55,905 nt of DNA from a virus. Lineage: Duplodnaviria > Heunggongvirae > Uroviricota > Caudoviricetes. Of the stretch, positions 50,483-55,905 are shown piece by piece. Numbering within the stretch: position 1 is the first letter of the stretch; each line of letters opens with the position of its first letter. Location: positions 1-55,905 of IMG/VR virus record IMGVR_UViG_2698536580_000003; one strand, 5' to 3'. Under the pieces are notes generated by a model, which did not search any database, had not been told where the DNA came from, and saw only the letters and a list, made by a program, of their open reading frames with translations. The position numbers and the translations under genes are program-made.

Positions 50483-50845
50483 ATGGCTAGCGAACGCAGT
50501 ACTGATGTGCAGGCATTTATCGGGGAGCTGGACGGCGGCGTATTTGAAACCAAAATCGGCGCAGTTCTCAGTGAAGTCGCTTCCGGTGTGATGAACACGA
50601 AAACCAAAGGTAAGGTCTCACTCAACCTGGAAATCGAACCATTTGATGAGAACCGTGTGAAAATCAAACACAAACTCTCATATGTTCGCCCGACTAACCG
50701 TGGGAAAATTTCCGAAGAAGACACCACCGAAACGCCGATGTATGTCAATCGCGGTGGTCGCCTGACTATTCTGCAGGAAGACCAGGGACAATTACTGACT
50801 CTTGCCGGTGAGCCTGACGGAAAACTCCGCGCAGCAGGTCATTAA
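50483..50845 (+). CDS. hypothetical early protein (YfdP-like by position), start trimmed
   Basis: ATG at 50483 with AGGAG RBS. Confidence 0.5.
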   Translation: MASERSTDVQAFIGELDGGVFETKIGAVLSEVASGVMNTKTKGKVSLNLEIEPFDENRVKIKHKLSYVRPTNRGKISEEDTTETPMYVNRGGRLTILQEDQGQLLTLAGEPDGKLRAAGH

Positions 50846-50910
50846 TATCATTCTTAATTAACTAATTATTTATCTCATCACTGAATATCTTAATATAGTG
50901 AGGACTTATT

Positions 50911-51735
50911 ATGTCTCAGAACTTAGACGCAACCGCAATTAATCAAATCCATGCCCTTATTTCTGCTCAGGGTGTTAATGAAATTATCAGTAAGATTGGT
51001 GCCGATGCTGTGGCATTGCCTGAGAATTTCCGCATTCATGATCTGGAAAAATTTAATTTAAATCGCTTCCGTTTCCGTGGTGCGCTTTCCACTGCCAGCA
51101 TCGATGACTTTACCCGTTATTCTAAAGATCTTGCAGATGAAGGCACCCGCTGCTTTATCGATGCTGATAATATGCGTGCCGTCAGTGTGCTTAACCTGGG
51201 TACTATTGATGAACCAGGTCACGCAGATAACACCGCCACTCTCAAACTGAAAAAGACAGCACCGTTCTCTGCCCTGTTGTCTGTTAACGGCGAGCGTAAC
51301 TCCCAGAAATCACTGGCAGAATGGATTGAAGACTGGGCCGACTACCTTGTGGGCTTTGATGCTAATGGTGACGCCATTCAGGCAACAAAAGCGGCTGCGG
51401 CAATCCGTAAAATCACGATTGAAGCAAACCAGACCGCTGATTTTGAAGATAATGACTTCAGCGGCAAACGCTCCCTGATGGAATCTGTCGAAGCGAAGAC
51501 CAAAGACATTATGCCAGTGGCATTTGAATTTAAATGCGTTCCGTTTGAAGGTCTGAAAGAACGTCCGTTTAAATTACGCCTCAGCATTATCACTGGCGAT
51601 CGTCCTGTACTGGTTCTGCGCATTATTCAGCTGGAAGCGGTGCAGGAAGATATGGCTAACGAATTTCGTGATCTGCTTGTTGAGAAATTCAAAGACAGCA
51701 AAGTAGAAACCTTTATTGGTACTTTCACCGCCTGA
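50911..51735 (+). CDS. DUF2303-type protein (YfdQ-like)
   Basis: 274 aa; resemblance to CPS-53 YfdQ as recalled. Confidence 0.6.
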
Positions 51736-51862
51736 TTTCATTACTGCAAATGCCCCTGCGGGGGCATTTATGGAAACGTAATTAACTCAATAATCACCGG
51801 ATGGTGAGGGCTTCCTTTTACCCAAACTCAGCGCGGTGCAGCGCATATACGTGGAGAACAAA

Positions 51863-52399
51863 ATGTCATTTATTAAAACTTTTTCCGGGAAGCATTTTTA
51901 TTATGACAAGATAAATAAAGACGACATCGTGATTAACGATATCGCGGTTTCCCTTTCAAATATCTGCCGCTTTGCCGGTCATCTTTCTCACTTCTACAGT
52001 GTCGCCCAACATGCGGTGCTTTGCAGCCAGCTGGTGCCGCAGGAATTTGCTTTTGAAGCGTTAATGCATGATGCAACAGAAGCGTATTGCCAGGACATCC
52101 CCGCACCACTGAAACGCCTTCTTCCTGACTATAAACGGATGGAAGAAAAAATAGATGCAGTAATCCGTGAGAAATACGGGTTACCTCCTGTTATGAGCAC
52201 GCCAGTGAAATATGCCGATCTCATTATGCTGGCAACCGAACGCCGTGATCTCGGGCTTGATGATGGCTCTTTCTGGCCTGTACTGGAAGGCATCCCGGCA
52301 ACAGAGATGTTCAACGTGATTCCACTGGCACCGGGTCATGCCTACGGGATGTTTATGGAACGTTTTAACGATTTATCGGAGTTACGCAAATGCGCATGA
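51863..52399 (+). CDS. HD-domain phosphohydrolase (YfdR-like)
   Basis: H...HD motif (SVAQHAVL...LMHDATEAY); start trimmed to MSFIKTF with GGAGA RBS. Confidence 0.65.
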   Translation: MSFIKTFSGKHFYYDKINKDDIVINDIAVSLSNICRFAGHLSHFYSVAQHAVLCSQLVPQEFAFEALMHDATEAYCQDIPAPLKRLLPDYKRMEEKIDAVIREKYGLPPVMSTPVKYADLIMLATERRDLGLDDGSFWPVLEGIPATEMFNVIPLAPGHAYGMFMERFNDLSELRKCA

Positions 52400-52752
52400 A
52401 TGTTTTCGAAATGGAAGGGTTTCTTCGCGGGAAATGTGTACCGCGAGATCTGAAAGTGAACGAAACAAATGCTGAGTACCTGGTACGTAAATTCGACGCG
52501 CTTGAAGCTAAATGTGCGGCACTGGAAAACAAAATAATACCAGTGTCAGCTGAACTGCCACCAGCAAATGAAAGTGTTCTGTTATTTGATGCTAATGGAG
52601 AAGGCTGGCTGATTGGCTGGCGTTCTCTCTGGTACACCTGGGGACAAAAAGAAACCGGAGAATGGCAGTGGACATTTCAGGTTGGGGACCTTGAAAACGT
52701 CAATATCACTCACTGGGCAGTAATGCCAAAAGCACCGGAGGCTGGAGCATAA
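52390..52752 (+). CDS. DUF551-type protein
   Basis: C-terminal ...ITHWAVMPKAPE typical of DUF551. Confidence 0.5.
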   Translation: MRMNVFEMEGFLRGKCVPRDLKVNETNAEYLVRKFDALEAKCAALENKIIPVSAELPPANESVLLFDANGEGWLIGWRSLWYTWGQKETGEWQWTFQVGDLENVNITHWAVMPKAPEAGA

Positions 52753-53057
52753 TGACCACATTTACCAATAAAGAACTGATTAAAGAAATCAAAGAACGAA
52801 TCAGCAGCCTAGAGGTTCGAGACGATATTGAGCGCCGTGCTTATGAAATCGCACTCGTATCTCTGGAAGTAGAGCCAGATGAACGCGAAGCCTATGAATT
52901 ATTCATGGAAAAGCGTTTCGGTGACTTAGTAGATCGTCGGAGAGCAAAAAACGGCGATAACGAATACATGGCATGGGATATGACTCTCGGTTGGATCGTC
53001 TGGCAGCAACGAGCTGGTATCCATTTTTCAACAATGTCACAGCAAGAGGTGAAATAA
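52752..53057 (+). CDS. hypothetical protein (101 aa)
   Basis: ORF upstream of xis. Confidence 0.45.
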   Translation: MTTFTNKELIKEIKERISSLEVRDDIERRAYEIALVSLEVEPDEREAYELFMEKRFGDLVDRRRAKNGDNEYMAWDMTLGWIVWQQRAGIHFSTMSQQEVK

Positions 53058-53407
53058 TGGAGCCATACAGCCTCACACTCGATGAGGCCTGTCATTTTCT
53101 CAAGATATCCAGACCGACTGCTATTAACTGGATACGCACAGGGCGTCTTCAGGCAACACGCAAAGATCCCACTAAGAATAAATCTCCTTACCTCACAACA
53201 CGACAAGCCTGCATTGCGGCTCTTCAGTCTCCGCTGCATACTGTCCAGGTGAGCGCGGGTGATGGCATAACAGAGGAAAGAAAATGTCACTCTTCCGCAG
53301 AGGTGAAATATGGTACGCCAGTTTCACATTGCCGAACGGTAAAAGATTTAAACAGTCTCTTGGAACAAAGGACAAAAGGCAGGCGACAGAACTCCATGAC
53401 AAGCTAA
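53057..53407 (+). CDS. xis: excisionase (Xis, HTH), 3' end overlapping int
   Basis: ATG at 53057 with [39 protein letters not shown]. Confidence 0.6.
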   Translation: MEPYSLTLDEACHFLKISRPTAINWIRTGRLQATRKDPTKNKSPYLTTRQACIAALQSPLHTVQVSAGDGITEERKCHSSAEVKYGTPVSHCRTVKDLNSLLEQRTKGRRQNSMTS

Positions 53408-54447
53408 AGGCTGAAGCATGGCGGGTCAGCAAACTTGGTGAAATACCTGATATAACGTTCGAGGAAGCGTGTGTCAGGTGGCTTGAAGAGAAAGCACATA
53501 AAAAATCACTGGACGATGACAAAAGCCGGATCGGATTCTGGCTTCAACATTTCGCAGGAATGCAACTAAGAGACATTACTGAATCAAAAATTTATTCAGC
53601 AATGCAGAAAATGACGAACCGGCGTCATGAGGAAAACTGGAAACTCAGGGCAGAAGCATGCAGAAAAAAAGGGAAACCTGTTCCAGAATACACGCCAAAA
53701 CCAGCGTCCGTTGCAACGAAGGCTACGCATCTTTCATTTATAAAGGCCCTACTAAGAGCCGCAGAGCGTGAATGGAAAATGCTGGATAAGGCACCAATTA
53801 TTAAAGTGCCTCAACCAAAGAATAAACGGATCCGCTGGCTGGAGCCCCATGAAGCACAAAGGCTGATTGATGAATGTCCGGAGCCATTAAAGTCTGTTGT
53901 TGAATTTGCACTGGCAACAGGCTTAAGACGCTCGAACATCATCAACCTTGAATGGCAACAAATAGATATGCAGCGCCGGGTGGCATGGATAAACCCGGAA
54001 GAGAGTAAATCAAACCGCGCAATTGGCGTTGCGCTGAATGATACTGCATGTCGCGTATTGAAAAAACAAATCGGGAATCATCACCGTTGGGTATTTGTGT
54101 ACAAGGAAAGCTGTACCAAACCAGACGGAACGAAAGCGCCAACAGTAAGGAAGATGCGGTATGACGCAAACACAGCCTGGAAAGCGGCGCTGAGACGGGC
54201 TGGTATTGATGATTTCAGATTTCACGACTTGAGACACACCTGGGCAAGTTGGCTGGTTCAAGCCGGAGTCCCGTTGTCAGTGTTACAGGAAATGGGAGGC
54301 TGGGAGTCTATCGAAATGGTTCGTCGATATGCTCACCTTGCACCTAATCACCTTACCGAACACGCACGGCAAATAGACTCGATCCTGAACCCATCGGTCC
54401 CAAATTTGTCCCAGTCAAAAAATAAGGAAGGTACTAATGATGTGTAA
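53284..54447 (+). CDS. int: tyrosine integrase (lambda-type placement, 3' end at att)
   Basis: 387 aa; catalytic box [39 protein letters not shown]. Confidence 0.9.
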   Translation: MSLFRRGEIWYASFTLPNGKRFKQSLGTKDKRQATELHDKLKAEAWRVSKLGEIPDITFEEACVRWLEEKAHKKSLDDDKSRIGFWLQHFAGMQLRDITESKIYSAMQKMTNRRHEENWKLRAEACRKKGKPVPEYTPKPASVATKATHLSFIKALLRAAEREWKMLDKAPIIKVPQPKNKRIRWLEPHEAQRLIDECPEPLKSVVEFALATGLRRSNIINLEWQQIDMQRRVAWINPEESKSNRAIGVALNDTACRVLKKQIGNHHRWVFVYKESCTKPDGTKAPTVRKMRYDANTAWKAALRRAGIDDFRFHDLRHTWASWLVQAGVPLSVLQEMGGWESIEMVRRYAHLAPNHLTEHARQIDSILNPSVPNLSQSKNKEGTNDV

Positions 54448-54459
54448 CTTATTGATTTA

Positions 54460-54507
54460 AATGGTGCCGATAATAGGAGTCGAACCTACGACCTTCGCAT
54501 TACGAAT
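54460..54507. repeat. att direct repeat (within tRNA-Thr 3' half), partner of 15356-15403
   Basis: 48-bp identity to 15356-15403. Confidence 0.85.
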
Positions 54508-54537
54508 GCGCTGCTCTACCAACTGAGCTATATCGGC
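54462..54537 (-). tRNA. thrW: tRNA-Thr (anticodon CGU)
   Basis: Reverse complement reads GCCGATATAGCTCAGTTGGTAGAGCAGCGCATTCGTAATGCGAAGGTCGTAGGTTCGACTCCTATTATCGGCACCA, a 76-nt cloverleaf with CGT anticodon. Confidence 0.9.
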
Positions 54538-54651
54538 CCTGAAAGGACATGTTCACGAACGTGAATCACGGTGGACAAGGTTAAAACTAACCGGGCGATG
54601 CGTCAATGGCCTTGTGAATCAAATGGCTACTTTTGCATCACCCGGTTTTAT

Positions 54652-55905
54652 TTACGCACGAATGGTGTAATCACCAATGCCGATCCACTTGTAAGTGGTC
54701 AGTGCTTCCAGCCCCATTGGGCCACGCGCGTGGAGTTTTTGTGTGCTTACCGCCACTTCCGCACCCAGACCAAACTGGCCGCCGTCGGTAAAACGCGTAG
54801 AGGCGTTAACGTAAACAGCGGACGAATCCACTTCGTTAACAAAACGCTGGGCGTTGCGCATATCGCGGGTCAGGATCGCATCGGAGTGTTGTGTGCCGTG
54901 TTCACGAATATGGGCGATGGCATCGTCAAGATCGCTGACGATTTTGACGTTCAAATCTAATGACAGAAACTCATCGTCATACTCTTCGGCTTTAACAGCA
55001 ACCACCTTCGCAGGGCCTGCCTGCAACTGCGCCAGTGCAGCTGCATCTGCGTGTAATGTCACGCCGCTTTCCGCCATTTGTTTGCTTAATGCGGGCAGGA
55101 AGCTATCGGCGATGTTTTTATTCACCAGCAACGTTTCAACCGTATTACATGTGCTCGGACGCTGAGTTTTCGCGTTGACGATCACTTTTAATGCTTCAGC
55201 GATCTCTACACTTTCATCAACGTAAATATGGCATACGCCTATACCACCTGTGATCACCGGGATTGTCGACTGTTCACGGCACAGTTTATGCAAACCAGCG
55301 CCACCACGCGGGATCAGCATGTCGATGTATTTATCCATACGCAGCATTTCACTGACCAGCGCACGGTCAGGATTATCAATCGCCTGCACGGCACCCGCCG
55401 GTAAGCCGCAGGATTTCAGGGCGTCCTGAATCACCGCCACCGTTGCAGCGTTAGTGCGACACGTTTCTTTGCCACCGCGCAGGATCACCGCATTACCGGT
55501 TTTCAGGCACAGCGAAGCGACATCAACCGTCACGTTCGGGCGCGCTTCATAAATCACGCCAATAACCCCCAGCGGTACGCGACGACGCTCAAGACGCAGG
55601 CCGCTGTCCAGTACGCCGCCATCGATTACCTGCCCCACCGGATCGGCGAGGTTGCACACCTGACGTACATCGTCGGCAATGCCTTTCAGCCGTGCGGGCG
55701 TCAGTGCCAGACGGTCAAGCATCGCTTCGCTAAGGCCATTGGCTCGCGCGTCAGCAACATCCTGGGCGTTAGCGTTGAGGATGATTTCGCTTTGTGCTTC
55801 CAGTTCATCGGCGATTTTTTCCAGCACGCGATTTTTTTCGCGGCTGGAGAGTTGCGCTAATTTATACGAGGCTTGCTTCGCGGCAATGCCCATTTGTTCC
55901 AGCAT
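54652..55905 (-). CDS. proA: gamma-glutamyl phosphate reductase
   Basis: 417 aa beginning [32 protein letters not shown]; aldehyde dehydrogenase family; chromosomal flank of thrW. Confidence 0.95.

Larger units (their letters stand above)
15404..54459 (-). mobile_element. SfV-like temperate prophage integrated at thrW (about 39 kb)
   Basis: Bounded by 48-bp att repeats; gtrABS at one end, xis-int at the other; complete structural, lysis, regulatory and replication modules. Confidence 0.85.

Overview
This window looks like an enterobacterial (E. coli/Shigella-type) chromosome segment at the proA-thrW locus carrying a tandem array of mobile elements. All calls are from reading the sequence and ORF translations by eye; no database search or computation was run. 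Layout, left to right: (i) the right end of an IS1 (1-294); (ii) a P4/PICI-like satellite element of at least 15 kb (295-15355) with a P4-type integrase, AlpA, a P4 alpha-like primase with a downstream iteron origin, a ProQ/FinO-domain protein, a PerC-family regulator and an AT-rich cargo block of uncharacterised genes; (iii) a 48-bp att direct repeat (15356-15403) that copies the 3' part of tRNA-Thr; (iv) a roughly 39-kb SfV-like temperate prophage (15404-54459) with a gtrABS O-antigen glucosylation cassette, Mu-like contractile tail and baseplate, HK97-like head, terminase/HNH/cos, a lysis cassette, Q antiterminator, replication module with iterons inside the O-like gene, cI/cro immunity region, a yfdP-T-like early module, and xis-int; (v) tRNA-Thr (thrW) and proA. 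The strongest candidate for an undescribed system is an AT-rich, translationally coupled two-gene moron (39829-41555) in the Q-holin slot, the position occupied by stx in Stx phages; neither protein matches a family I recognise. Other candidates are a second moron between the lysis cassette and HNH/cos (37110-38120) and the satellite cargo block (295-5826), which includes a TTGACAC repeat array next to an HTH protein.
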